The position numbers and the translations under genes are program-made. Below the pieces are notes generated by a model. It worked only from the letters and a program-made list of their open reading frames with translations, was not told the DNA's origin and did no database searches. From a virus (lineage: Duplodnaviria; Caudoviricetes), in IMG/VR virus record IMGVR_UViG_3300028888_000085, positions 1 to 64,000 of that record: DNA of 64,000 bases. One strand, 5' to 3'. This document shows, piece by piece, positions 1-11,077 of this stretch; position 1 is the first letter of the stretch; every line of letters begins with the position of its first letter.

Positions 1-1
1 C

Positions 2-1474
2 ACGGATGATGGTCTTTACTTTGACATTTGGGCATTTCGGTATCTGCTTGAAGAACTCGGTTTTGTCTCAGGAGTGAACGGGAAGATTCCTGAGTTTATG
101 TCTTCCTCTGATTACACACCGATTTCAATACAGGAAGCGTTGCAGTTTATCCCTCCGCAACGTAGGGATGGAGAAAGCGATATTGATTATTCTGAGCGTT
201 ATGACCAGGCTTATACTTCGTGGAATGCATTAAGACGGCGGGTTTCGTATCCTTTACGTTATCAGCTTTCTGAGGGGTATCTTTACGGACTCATGGAAAT
301 GGGTTATGGCAGTGCTCCGTTCGCTCGTGATGATATTGGATGGTATAAAGGGACAGACTCTGGGATTACGCAAGCAGCAATGGATGTGTTTCATAATCCT
401 GTGTATAGAGGTCGGGAAGACCTGCAAGGTAAAAACCTTTTCTACAATGCGGAGAATCCAAACCCTTACGATTTGACGGATACTGTTGGTGCTCTTTCGC
501 AGAGTTCCGGTGATTTGTCGGAACCTATTGACGACCATAGTTCAACACTGACTGGCGATTTGTATGGCGAAATTGATTTGCCTTCGTTGCCTGACATGTA
601 CAGGTACGCTGATATTTACGTCGGTCTGGGTGTTGAGGTTCAAATGACTTTTTGGATGGTGGCGGGAACTATGATACCGAATGTTTTTATTTCAACAAAG
701 GTTGAGGCATCAAATAATGCTTTCTACGCTGGCGATTTTAACATCCGTGCCAATATGGATATTAAGCGGCTTCCGCTTACAGTTGAAGACATAAGCATCC
801 GAAATCGGATTAAAGTGCCAGTTCGCATCGGTGCTGAATTTTCTACGCAGTACACATTGCCTGATGTTTACCTGAATGCCGATTGTGGAACGTATGACCT
901 TGAACATGTCTCACAGCAGATTGACCAAGGTGTGGAGAACGGTGCCTATGTCGTTGCAGAACAGGTAATGGATTTGAACAGTGACGAACTGATGGAGCAT
1001 GACAGCTCGTCCACGGCTTCAATGGCAGTGAGTTATCGGAGTGGATTGACATTCAAAGAGATGGGAATCACGAGTCCTGGTCAGGATGCCATGTATGGAT
1101 TGTCTGCATCCGGCATAAAGGACATTCTTTACGTCCATGTTATTCCGGATGCTTCTTTTACCCATGAGCAGATTGAACGTCTTACGGAAGACCAGATTAA
1201 CTTGCTTCACAAGTCTTCAGTTGTCGGCAATATCATTGATGTGACGAATGAGTATGATTCAGACAGACCGAACTTGGTTGTTCGTGTTTCGTTTGACATG
1301 ACGGAGCAGACAGGCGTGTTCAATATTTCATCGCTTGTTCTGTATGCATCCCGTATGGATAACAATGCGGTTATTCCGTTTGCTGTTGTGTCTGTTGGTG
1401 ATGAGCAGGTTGTTTCTGTTGATACCCGTTTGATGAGAGAGCTTATGCTTACATTGAGACTGAATAACATATAG
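2..1474 (+). CDS. 5'-truncated putative structural (baseplate-region) protein
   Basis: Frame is open from position 2, so the gene starts before the window. Acidic; lies directly upstream of the tail fibre genes. Confidence 0.5.
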   Translation, partial: TDDGLYFDIWAFRYLLEELGFVSGVNGKIPEFMSSSDYTPISIQEALQFIPPQRRDGESDIDYSERYDQAYTSWNALRRRVSYPLRYQLSEGYLYGLMEMGYGSAPFARDDIGWYKGTDSGITQAAMDVFHNPVYRGREDLQGKNLFYNAENPNPYDLTDTVGALSQSSGDLSEPIDDHSSTLTGDLYGEIDLPSLPDMYRYADIYVGLGVEVQMTFWMVAGTMIPNVFISTKVEASNNAFYAGDFNIRANMDIKRLPLTVEDISIRNRIKVPVRIGAEFSTQYTLPDVYLNADCGTYDLEHVSQQIDQGVENGAYVVAEQVMDLNSDELMEHDSSSTASMAVSYRSGLTFKEMGITSPGQDAMYGLSASGIKDILYVHVIPDASFTHEQIERLTEDQINLLHKSSVVGNIIDVTNEYDSDRPNLVVRVSFDMTEQTGVFNISSLVLYASRMDNNAVIPFAVVSVGDEQVVSVDTRLMRELMLTLRLNNI

Positions 1475-1567
1475 ATTTTCCTCAGCCGTTCGCTCAAACC
1501 AATCAAAATATAAAGTGTTTGTGTTACAGCATACTTGTGCTGTACGTAATTTCAAATGGAGGATGTT

Positions 1568-4500
1568 ATGGCATTTGATCGTCAAAACATAACGAATCAG
1601 GGATTTTATCTCCTGAAGAAAGTGAAGGACGGATGCTCCCTCTCATTCACGTCCATGTTCGTTGAACAGGATACCGTTGCACCCAGTCAGATGCCTAACG
1701 GTGGTGGTTTGACCTATGAACAGGCCGTCAGTGATTCGGACAGATTCCGTCAGGGTGTAATGTGGTCTGTAACGCCGATAAAATCTTATATCGGTGACAA
1801 TGGAAATCTGTCTGTTCGTGCTATCGGCAAGTTCAACACAGACGTTGAATCTGAACTGATTGTTCGCACAGCTTATCTGTTCGCTTCTGTTGTCGATGCA
1901 CATGGTGATGTCGTTATTGAAGACGGAAGACCCTTAGAGAATGTTCTGTTTGCTGTTGCAAGTAACAATAACACATCAGTTTTGCAAGGTGACGGTAAGA
2001 ACTCGTTGTATGTTACGTTTTCCGTCGTTCTTACAAATGGGTTCTCATCGATTGTCGGTATTGAAAATGGCGTTGCAACCTTGCAGGACTTGGAAAGCAT
2101 TCAGGCAGGTGCAAACATTCAGAAGCTGACGATTAAGTTTGACGAAAACACGAAAGACTTGCAGCTGTTTGATGCTGACGGAAACCTTATCGACCAGGCA
2201 AACCTTGGAGCTGTTGGTGGAAACGATGATGCCGTAACCGTTCATAATCCACAGTACGTTTTTGGTGAAAAGATTTGGGTTGACCCGTCTGCCGTGCAGC
2301 GTCCGTGCAGAACTGTTTATGTCGTAAAGGAAAGCGATGACACCACGCATTATGTTTTTGTATCCGGGCTTGATGCTGTCATTGAAGAGCTTGCATCTAC
2401 TGATGAAGCAGCAATGGAGCAGTACAAAGCAAACGTAAAAGCATTTGAAATTACAGCACAGGATGGAAAGATTATTCTCACGCAGCTGGACAAGACGTTC
2501 GATGAGTGCAGGGAAATCGCATCGGGTTCCATTGTCAGAAAACCAAAGATTGCAGATTTCTTTGTAATCAGTGACGACAGAGACCCTGAGACTGTTGAAA
2601 ACATTGGTCAGGATAAGGTACGCCTTGCTGAAGGACTTACTGATGAACTCGCCGCAATTCTGTGGCAGGGATACAGTCGTATTATCTCCACTGACCCGAA
2701 CATTCCATTTGAACTCACAAGACAGTATGCCATTTTCCCAAATACAATCAGCATCGAAGAAATCAATGCGTTGATTCCTACAGTTGCCATTGACCCTTCG
2801 GATTTCAAAGCGGTTTACACGAATGGTGAGTGTGAGGCGTTAAAACTAAAATACAACGCTCTTGGTGATAAGGAAGTTGACGGCATCCAGTTGCAGAATG
2901 CTTCCCGTATGACTCTCTTACGTGTTCTCAAAGGTATTTATGAACAGCAAGTCTCTGTAGCACGTAATGCTTATTTAAAAGCTGATGAAGCCTGGGACAG
3001 TTCTTTCTACGTTGACAGCGCACGACGCATGACTTTCGTTTCCAATGAAGGTCTTACGCTTGCCAATGAGAGTCAGTTCTATAACATCGGTGTAGAGAAA
3101 GAATCAGGTGACGAGGGAGAAAAGCAAAAACTCGCCTTGTCCCGAAAGGTCTTTTGGAGTGATAATGGTGTTCAGAAAAGTGCCATATTGCCGTTTGCTT
3201 TCGTTGGTGACAGTGGAATGCTCGGCGGTGCACCTTTATTCACTGTACGTATTCTTACTGCAGCACACTATACGCATGGTACAAAGAACTGGCTGCTTAA
3301 TGCCATTCAGTGTTCGGATGGGTTCAAGGCTGAACTTTGCGGTCAGTTGAAAAACAACATCACGAATCCTTCAAGTGCGTCTATGGATGCACACCTGTTT
3401 GTTTCTTGTGCGGACAATCTCAAACTGAGAACTTTCTCCTCTGTTGTTGTCGAGATTGATGGTTATACCGGCGTGAACCATTCACCTGTTTCACAGCATA
3501 AAACGCTTGGCTGTATTGTTCCTTTCGATGTTGAAAAGAAACATAATCCTCACACTGGGAGTTTCGGATGCGACATCGACCTCACCTTGCCGTTAAACAG
3601 CTGGGTACAGACCGATGCACAGGAAACACCGTTGCAGCCTGATATTATCACCGTCAAGGCTTATATCTGTGATGCAAGACCAATGGAAGTTCCGGAGATT
3701 TCCACCGATGACAGAACTCCTATGGTGTTTGTACCATTTAACCTGAATGGTATAACTGTTCGAGATACGGTTCTTTATGGTGCTGTCTTCTCTGATGGTA
3801 CTGCTGAGGATGCGCTGCCTGTTGTCCTTCCTGAAGGTGTTCGCATTGTTGTTGATGGTAGAAGTGCGGATTCGTTTAATGACTACTGGTGGTACCGAGT
3901 TATTGCGGTAGATGAGAACGGTAATCTTGTTGACCTTGACGGAAATCCGACGGACACGCCTGTACATGCTTATACATGGTCACAGAATATTCGTGAGTTT
4001 ACACATGAAATCGGTGACTACGATGAGTTTAAGAAGTACGCACGCATACCTGCAGGGGCACAGCTCTATACATGGAATGATGATTCTGATGATGTCAAGT
4101 ACGGCTCTCCGCTTACGTCTTCATCTGATGTGATTATCGCGATTCACACGCAAAATGGATGGTATGGTATTACCGATAACACACAGGAAAGCGGGTACAT
4201 TTTTGTTAAAGAGGACGAACCTGGTCTTATTCTTGACAGTTTGATGGAAACCTTTGAGAACAAAGAACATGACATGCGTCTTATGAATGTTCCTGTACAC
4301 TGCTGCATGAATCCGCTTTATGAGGATGCGCATTTCGCTTTGTTTGATGGTGCACTTGCTTTCCCGTACACCAATGACACTAATAACGAACAAAGCACTT
4401 CTGGTCTTCTCAAGGATTCGTTTGATGACAGCTTGAGCGCGTTTTATGTCTGTCCTGATCTTCCGTGGCCTGCTTATAATTCGTTAAACAGGTACTACAT

Positions 4501-5512
4501 TGCTCGTCGTGATGCGGTTGATCTTATTGATGATTCAGATCATTCGTCATACACTCGCGTGAAACCATTCACGGTTAGTGATGAACTTGTTCTTCGTTTG
4601 CCGAAATCTGTTCAGTATAACAGATGGTCGAGACTTCTTATGGAACGTCCAGACTTGATCGATAAGTATTATGAGACTGATGACAAGATTGGTATCGGTT
4701 TCACGCTTAAAGATTCCGTCCGTGAAATTTATTCTCATCTGTCTGATTATGATGGCAGTATTTTTTGGTGTACAAAAGCATTGATGACCATTACACCTTC
4801 GGTTCTCGAACCTTACGAAGACACTACAATCACGCCGATGGATCGTTTCGCAACTGGAAACTCTGTTGTGAACAAGTACGAACGTCCGTTGAGTGATGAA
4901 GAACCGTTCGCCACGATTGACTTGTCTGAGATTCCATATCTACGAGTGAGTGGCACAACTGCGAATGGGTTTGCACGTATCGACGCACTTCCTGAGTATT
5001 ATCTCCGGTTGTCCGATATTACGTTGTCTCTTGTCGATACTCCTGCGGAGGACGAAACCTATACAATCACAGCGTCTGAGTTGAATCCTGTTACTTACTA
5101 TCAAGGTGTTATGCCGGACAGCAAACTTGTTTCCCCTGTTACAGTTACCGAGGGTACGTTCACATGTCATGTGATTAAAGGTAAGTCTGTGTTGACGGCA
5201 CAGTATAGTTCTTCGGACGATGCTGAACCCATACAGTGTTACTTGCCAAGCACTCTGGTTGCGATTCGTCTGACAGATGAAGACATAACACGTATTCGTC
5301 AAGATATTGCCAATGCACGTGATGATTTCAGTATTGAACTTGTCGATGGAAATATCATGTTACCACAAGCGGTACAGGCAATGGATGTCGATGATTTGTC
5401 AATAACTGTTTTAGACAGGACTGCACAGGTAAGTCTCATCGGTCAGTCGTCTGATGATGCGGAACAAAATAACACTATTAACCCCGCCCCTGTCAGTGGC
5501 GAAGGTAACTAA
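1568..5512 (+). CDS. Large tail fibre / receptor-binding protein
   Basis: GGAGG precedes ATG 1568. N-terminus (ITNQGFYLLKK...LSF) resembles tail-collar fibre N-domains. Shares the block FDxxxxDxxLxDxDGxxxDQANL with 11078-13366. C-terminal half has SH3-like segments. Confidence 0.6.
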   Translation: MAFDRQNITNQGFYLLKKVKDGCSLSFTSMFVEQDTVAPSQMPNGGGLTYEQAVSDSDRFRQGVMWSVTPIKSYIGDNGNLSVRAIGKFNTDVESELIVRTAYLFASVVDAHGDVVIEDGRPLENVLFAVASNNNTSVLQGDGKNSLYVTFSVVLTNGFSSIVGIENGVATLQDLESIQAGANIQKLTIKFDENTKDLQLFDADGNLIDQANLGAVGGNDDAVTVHNPQYVFGEKIWVDPSAVQRPCRTVYVVKESDDTTHYVFVSGLDAVIEELASTDEAAMEQYKANVKAFEITAQDGKIILTQLDKTFDECREIASGSIVRKPKIADFFVISDDRDPETVENIGQDKVRLAEGLTDELAAILWQGYSRIISTDPNIPFELTRQYAIFPNTISIEEINALIPTVAIDPSDFKAVYTNGECEALKLKYNALGDKEVDGIQLQNASRMTLLRVLKGIYEQQVSVARNAYLKADEAWDSSFYVDSARRMTFVSNEGLTLANESQFYNIGVEKESGDEGEKQKLALSRKVFWSDNGVQKSAILPFAFVGDSGMLGGAPLFTVRILTAAHYTHGTKNWLLNAIQCSDGFKAELCGQLKNNITNPSSASMDAHLFVSCADNLKLRTFSSVVVEIDGYTGVNHSPVSQHKTLGCIVPFDVEKKHNPHTGSFGCDIDLTLPLNSWVQTDAQETPLQPDIITVKAYICDARPMEVPEISTDDRTPMVFVPFNLNGITVRDTVLYGAVFSDGTAEDALPVVLPEGVRIVVDGRSADSFNDYWWYRVIAVDENGNLVDLDGNPTDTPVHAYTWSQNIREFTHEIGDYDEFKKYARIPAGAQLYTWNDDSDDVKYGSPLTSSSDVIIAIHTQNGWYGITDNTQESGYIFVKEDEPGLILDSLMETFENKEHDMRLMNVPVHCCMNPLYEDAHFALFDGALAFPYTNDTNNEQSTSGLLKDSFDDSLSAFYVCPDLPWPAYNSLNRYYIARRDAVDLIDDSDHSSYTRVKPFTVSDELVLRLPKSVQYNRWSRLLMERPDLIDKYYETDDKIGIGFTLKDSVREIYSHLSDYDGSIFWCTKALMTITPSVLEPYEDTTITPMDRFATGNSVVNKYERPLSDEEPFATIDLSEIPYLRVSGTTANGFARIDALPEYYLRLSDITLSLVDTPAEDETYTITASELNPVTYYQGVMPDSKLVSPVTVTEGTFTCHVIKGKSVLTAQYSSSDDAEPIQCYLPSTLVAIRLTDEDITRIRQDIANARDDFSIELVDGNIMLPQAVQAMDVDDLSITVLDRTAQVSLIGQSSDDAEQNNTINPAPVSGEGN

Positions 5513-5547
5513 TGGTTTAGGTCTCATTTGAAAAGGAGCATAAAGAT

Positions 5548-8500
5548 ATGAGTACGATTTTCTTTATTGGTCAAAATCCTGCCACTGGCAATCAGACACT
5601 GTATAGCGTTACAGCAGGAACCCTCGGTTCCATCATGGATTCTTTCAATCCGGACAAAGACATTGTTGAGCAGATTTGGCAGAAGCGTTATGTGTTTCTT
5701 AATGCAACCTACTTTGACAGCATGAAAGAACACGCTCGTGAATTGACGGATAGTTCTGTTGTTCCTCGTGGTACTGCCGACAAGTCCGTTGTGAAGTGCA
5801 GAAACCTTAAAACGGATGATGTGAAAGTTCGTTTCCTTCGTAACAGTATTTCGCAGTACAAACGTGAAAGTGACATCAGTCTGCTTCTCAAGATTGAAGA
5901 GTGTGAACATGAATTTACATTGCTTACACAGGCTGAACCAATACAGCTTAGACCAGATGCACGTCACATTCAGGAACTGTTCAAGATTGACGGTGACATT
6001 AACATTTACAAAGCCAGTGATGTCGTTTCAACCTCTACTGGTGGAAACATTATTGCCTGGCGTGTAGGGTCGTATAACGGACACAGCATCATTACTCTTG
6101 AGAACTCGCCGGATGCACAGAAATACGTTCTTGTAAGCGAGGACGTGATTGTCGGTGTTGCCAATGCAGTTCCTTCCGAGTTCGATGCAAATGCAGTTTC
6201 CGTCAATGCACAGTTGACGGTCGGCGATGTTCAGAAAGACTGTCTTGTCCGCGACAATGAAAATGTCCACGAACCTCTCGGTGCTCACACGACACATGAA
6301 GTTTTGCGTCAGTGGAAAACTTATTTTGAACTGTCGTTGTCGAACGATTCCGGTACGGTCGTCGTAAACATTGACGGATGTCATGTCGATTACAATGTTT
6401 ATGCAGCAAAACCGTTACAGTACATCGAACTTACGCAGCGTGTTGAAATCGAAGGTTCGCTTTCGTCTATCGGTTCTCGCTGGAAAGTCGAGTCTATGGA
6501 TGAAAACGGAATCGTTCCAGAGATCAACATCTTTACGCCCGACGTGAAAGAAACGATTACGAACTACGATTCGTTTATTTTCGTTAATGACAATCCTTGC
6601 ATTGCATTGCAGGATACGACGGTTACGGTTACGCAGTCCGTTATGCTTCGTCCGTCATACAGTCTTGAGAACAATGAAGGTCGTAGTTTCGGAAAACTTC
6701 CGGTTGGTTCCGTTCATACCGCTGATATGGTTGTTTACGATAAGAGTGGTCGTGCATGGTTCCACATTACGTCCGATGAACCGATTGAACTGGAACAGTC
6801 CGAGGGTATCTTTACGCGACGTGGTTGGGTCAACGGCAAAGCATCTGACGGCAATTACATCTTTTCTGAGATTGAGCCTACGGTCGTTGATGACCATAAC
6901 GTTCGTGTAAAAGAATGCACTTATATTACTGTTAAACAGGATTTGGGGCCGGTCGAAGGTAGTCCGCTTGTCGGCAATGCTTACGTAATGGTTGAATCCC
7001 TTCAAGCTGTAACAGCAGAAGACGGTGAACCTCACGATCTTTCCTATGGCGATAAGGTGCAGCTCGTTCGTTTGTTCACGAACAAATTCCAGTTCATGCA
7101 CAATGGTGTTATGTGCGAACTTCCAGAGGCTTCTCTTGATGTGGATGTTCGTCGTGAAGTTACGGGCATATTTGAGCCGTTTGTTGCTGACGATAATATG
7201 TTATCGTTCGACGGCGATTATCTTTGCGTGATTCGTGGTGAAGAACTTCATAACATTATCGCATTTGTTGAGGATGACTACATCGATAGTACAGATGACG
7301 TGATCTTCAGAGAAACCTTATATGGCGACTCTCATGTGTTCAAGATTCTCGGTGATGGCATTCATGGTTCTTACCGTTACGTCAAATTGCTTGAAGGTGA
7401 TGAAGAAGAGGGTTCAACGTACATCGCGAAGTATAGCGAAATCCTTATTCCAACTCGTTACGAACTGGCAGAGGGCGATAGACTCAAGAACTTCACGCCG
7501 AACGATATTTCTCTGAAACGCACACCTTTTCACGGTGCTTCTGAATCAGAGTTCGTCCCGGCAGGTACAACTCTTGACCTTTCAAGTGCTTTCGGTGTAA
7601 CGCTCAATACTAACTGGGGTATCGGCGTTGATGACAACAAATATACCGATGCTCCGTTATACGAAGAAATTCACGATCCTAATTTTGATAATGCTAGAGA
7701 AGTGTTCTTCTTTGGAAATACCGTAAATCTTTCCCCCGTTGCTTTTTATGACAATGATGGTGTTGAAACAGGATGGGTTTCCAACGATTCTCTTGTGTTT
7801 AACATTAGATCAGACGGACATATTTTGTCGAATTTGACTGCAATAAATTATGCTAGAATTTGTACCGCAGGTGATCCTCAGAATATTGTATTTGGTGATG
7901 CCATTAGTGATCAGTATCCAGACCGTATTCTGATCCATGATTCTTTTAACGGTTATTACCTTGCAGATGCAAATGCGAAAATTCATTCCTATAATCTTCA
8001 GTCTGAGTATCAAGATTCCTACATGATGCTTGGGTCTGTTGATGTGTTGGACTTTAACAATCATCGTGAAGAGTCTTGCACTAATGGTTGTGTTGTTACT
8101 GTCACTGGTGGTTTCCAAAATGTCGAACGTAGTGAGAATTTTGATCCATGGTTTGCTGACATCAACTGTCTTCATGTCCCTGGAATTGATGAATTCAGAA
8201 TGGCTGATAAATCCAAATTCGTTGATTCGTTAGGTTTCGAGGACACTAATTGTTTTGTTTTGATCCATAAATATGCCGATCTTACTGAAAGTGAATTTGG
8301 TAATTACATCACAGAACAAGAACTTGGAGACAATTCGTTTGAGGTTTCCATTGATCCTTGTTCTGGTACTGACAGCTATACAGTTTCTAAGTATTTCTAC
8401 TGTGGAATGTCAGCTTCCGGAACAGATTGCATTTTACCAGTTTCGACCTATGAAACAAAACAAGTCATGGCCGGTCTGGTTGCCAATATGGTCAGAAAGA

Positions 8501-10911
8501 TTCGTGTAGATGCTGATAATGAGGTGTTTTACATTTCTGATGACGGCTATGCATATCCTGCAAGTATTCTGTCTGCCATAGGACAGGTCACGACGATTAC
8601 GCGTTTCGATTCGCCCAAGAACGTTTGGGTGACGAAAGATTCCACGGTTGTTAGTACGCACATGAATCCGTCTATCACAAGCGATGCTCCATCGAACATT
8701 ATGATTCGTCAGGCGCGTTCATTGTCCGGTATCGCCGAAGTTGCAGAACAAGAGCGTGATCCTCATGGATTCTTCCTCAAGTTGTTAGGCAGTAGTTCGC
8801 AGAATCTTCAAGGTTCAGACACAATCTTACTGGCTGAGATCAATGGTGAAGAAGTCTATATCGACATTGTTGAAGACGGCGATGACATTTACGTTGTTGA
8901 AGTCACTGATGAAAATCTCAAGACGGTATTTGTCGGTAATGCCGATGAGACGACGACCGTTGCGGGCATTGATTCTACGGATGGCGAAATTGCCGAAAGT
9001 GATGCGTTTGACTATTACACAGCAGTGCTTCATGCCGGTGACATCGTTACTTTCACGAAATCGTTTATGGGTGTGAATGAAAAGGTTTACCTGTTTGTAA
9101 AGGAAGGCAATGGAGTGATTCATTCCGCCAAGGCTTCACGTCTTGCAAGTGACTTTATTGACATTCAGGATATGGGTCAGGATGCACCGCAGTATTACTT
9201 CAAAGACCGTTCTTCTGTTCTTGCTCCAATGACTTATCAGTTGAATGGCGAGAATATCAGTGAGGCAGAACTCAACTCTGTTGACAAACGTGCCATCATG
9301 CTTGCAAATGTAAACAATCCTTACATGGTTTACATCGCACCTGGTGTCGCAACAGATGCGTACAGAAGCGCACGTGTTTCCTTACATCAGCCTCTTGTGC
9401 TGAATAATGACGGTACAGTCGATGTTACTGCTTACATGTACCTGATTCCGAATGGTCGCATGATTCCGAAATATTCCGCTTCTTATAATGGCTTGCTGTA
9501 TTACGGGTTTGAACTTGGTGTTACGACAAATACTGAGGTAATTGGTGAGGTCATTGTGTGGGCAGCACCTATCAGTCTTGACCAAGTAATACCTGCTACC
9601 ATGGAAGATTGTGATTTGCAGGTGTTCCCGAGAGTAGTGTTCAGTCTGTACTCGGATTATTCTCTTTCGTCTTCACGTACTGATTACGCAGTCGGTGTGA
9701 TTGAAGGTCACGAAAGTATTGACAGTTTCCAAGAGTTCCATTTGGATAAGTCCGTAACTCAGAATGGTAATGTCACGTTTTATCGGATTTCTCAGGATTC
9801 CGGCATTTTCTCAGGCAAATACATCCCGTCCGATATGGTTCATTATGTGATTGAGGATGTTACTGAAAACCTTCAGCTGTTCCATAAGAAAGACCCTCAA
9901 TTCAACATCGTTTCACCTATTAGTTTAGGCACTTTGCCTGTTATTGCTCATAGTCTGTACATGACTCCGACACGTAAATTTACCGCGAACATGAATGCAA
10001 ATGGAGTACATACTTTGTATGAGGTAACGGTTACATTGTCTGGTAACGATGGTGTTCCTTCCGTTCATAAGGCGTGGATTTACGATACAGATTGTTATAT
10101 CGTTCAAGTCCCGTCCGAAGCTGAGTCTATCAATGATGAAACCGTTACGGTTCATGCAAATGCAAATGCGTACTTGTGGGATGCTGCAGATGCACCTGTG
10201 ATGCATGTGTTTGCTGAAGAGCAGACATTTAATGATTTCAGTGTTGTGAGCGATGAAAACGGCGACCGTTATATCTGCGTAGAAATGGCACGCAGTGAAC
10301 TGAACAACGCTGATTCTCATATCACAGTTGACGACCCGATGACGCCTGATGTTAATGAGAGTACGGAAGCACTTCGTGTGTTTATCCCTGCTTCGGATGT
10401 TACCAGAAACACACAGGGTTCTGGTAATACGTTCCTCGATGTGGCTGACTTTGATGTCTATATCGGTACGCAGCAGGCGTCCATCCCACTGTCAAAGGCG
10501 GACGGAAGCGGCGAATCTTTAAGCAGTGAGGAGGAATCCGCACTTCTTGAATACCTTGATTCCCGTCAGAATGTTGCACACATTGATGCGGCGTATGTTG
10601 ATGAGAACGACCGTGTGGTCATGTACAGAATCTCCTCTGAGTCTTCACCTGTTGAACATTATGCCTGCATAAATATTCAAGAACTTGGTGAAGACTGGAT
10701 TATGAACCGGACAGTTGTTCCTTTGACAGGACAGGATGCCGTTGTCGTTGACTCGCAAGAGGATGAAGGCGACTCTGTAGGTGAGATTCTTACCGTTCTT
10801 TGGAAGTTTACTACAACAGAGGAAGACGCAGAGTTCTTCGATTGTGGAGTAGCTGTTCCGGTGGATGACGAACACGGTTCTGAAGAGATAGTCAGGATTG
10901 TCGAGGTGTAG
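5548..10911 (+). CDS. Very large acidic virion protein with degenerate SH3b-like repeats (putative adhesin/fibre)
   Basis: 1787 aa. Segments such as VMLRPSYS...GKLPVGS...AWFHI and ISLKRTP...VPAGTTL resemble SH3b domains. Located between two fibre genes. Confidence 0.45.
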   Translation: MSTIFFIGQNPATGNQTLYSVTAGTLGSIMDSFNPDKDIVEQIWQKRYVFLNATYFDSMKEHARELTDSSVVPRGTADKSVVKCRNLKTDDVKVRFLRNSISQYKRESDISLLLKIEECEHEFTLLTQAEPIQLRPDARHIQELFKIDGDINIYKASDVVSTSTGGNIIAWRVGSYNGHSIITLENSPDAQKYVLVSEDVIVGVANAVPSEFDANAVSVNAQLTVGDVQKDCLVRDNENVHEPLGAHTTHEVLRQWKTYFELSLSNDSGTVVVNIDGCHVDYNVYAAKPLQYIELTQRVEIEGSLSSIGSRWKVESMDENGIVPEINIFTPDVKETITNYDSFIFVNDNPCIALQDTTVTVTQSVMLRPSYSLENNEGRSFGKLPVGSVHTADMVVYDKSGRAWFHITSDEPIELEQSEGIFTRRGWVNGKASDGNYIFSEIEPTVVDDHNVRVKECTYITVKQDLGPVEGSPLVGNAYVMVESLQAVTAEDGEPHDLSYGDKVQLVRLFTNKFQFMHNGVMCELPEASLDVDVRREVTGIFEPFVADDNMLSFDGDYLCVIRGEELHNIIAFVEDDYIDSTDDVIFRETLYGDSHVFKILGDGIHGSYRYVKLLEGDEEEGSTYIAKYSEILIPTRYELAEGDRLKNFTPNDISLKRTPFHGASESEFVPAGTTLDLSSAFGVTLNTNWGIGVDDNKYTDAPLYEEIHDPNFDNAREVFFFGNTVNLSPVAFYDNDGVETGWVSNDSLVFNIRSDGHILSNLTAINYARICTAGDPQNIVFGDAISDQYPDRILIHDSFNGYYLADANAKIHSYNLQSEYQDSYMMLGSVDVLDFNNHREESCTNGCVVTVTGGFQNVERSENFDPWFADINCLHVPGIDEFRMADKSKFVDSLGFEDTNCFVLIHKYADLTESEFGNYITEQELGDNSFEVSIDPCSGTDSYTVSKYFYCGMSASGTDCILPVSTYETKQVMAGLVANMVRKIRVDADNEVFYISDDGYAYPASILSAIGQVTTITRFDSPKNVWVTKDSTVVSTHMNPSITSDAPSNIMIRQARSLSGIAEVAEQERDPHGFFLKLLGSSSQNLQGSDTILLAEINGEEVYIDIVEDGDDIYVVEVTDENLKTVFVGNADETTTVAGIDSTDGEIAESDAFDYYTAVLHAGDIVTFTKSFMGVNEKVYLFVKEGNGVIHSAKASRLASDFIDIQDMGQDAPQYYFKDRSSVLAPMTYQLNGENISEAELNSVDKRAIMLANVNNPYMVYIAPGVATDAYRSARVSLHQPLVLNNDGTVDVTAYMYLIPNGRMIPKYSASYNGLLYYGFELGVTTNTEVIGEVIVWAAPISLDQVIPATMEDCDLQVFPRVVFSLYSDYSLSSSRTDYAVGVIEGHESIDSFQEFHLDKSVTQNGNVTFYRISQDSGIFSGKYIPSDMVHYVIEDVTENLQLFHKKDPQFNIVSPISLGTLPVIAHSLYMTPTRKFTANMNANGVHTLYEVTVTLSGNDGVPSVHKAWIYDTDCYIVQVPSEAESINDETVTVHANANAYLWDAADAPVMHVFAEEQTFNDFSVVSDENGDRYICVEMARSELNNADSHITVDDPMTPDVNESTEALRVFIPASDVTRNTQGSGNTFLDVADFDVYIGTQQASIPLSKADGSGESLSSEEESALLEYLDSRQNVAHIDAAYVDENDRVVMYRISSESSPVEHYACINIQELGEDWIMNRTVVPLTGQDAVVVDSQEDEGDSVGEILTVLWKFTTTEEDAEFFDCGVAVPVDDEHGSEEIVRIVEV

Positions 10912-10940
10912 AATTTTATCTAATACTGTTAAGCAGTTCT

Positions 10941-10972
10941 AAAGCGAGAGCGCCTGAAAACGCTCTCGCTTT
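10941..10972 (+). terminator. Intrinsic terminator-like hairpin
   Basis: AAAGCGAGAGCG-loop-CGCTCTCGCTTT after the 1787-aa gene. Confidence 0.7.
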
Positions 10973-11077
10973 GCATTGTTTTCTTTACGTTTTCTTTACG
11001 TTTAACGTGAAATTGCCTCGTTTCCTCACGTTTGAAAATATCAAAATTAGCATCCAAGGGGCAAAGGAGAATGTATT

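Noticed and set aside
282-295. Partial match of a spacer (GGACTCATG) to the first gene
   Set aside because: Only 9 contiguous nt; expected by chance in 64 kb.
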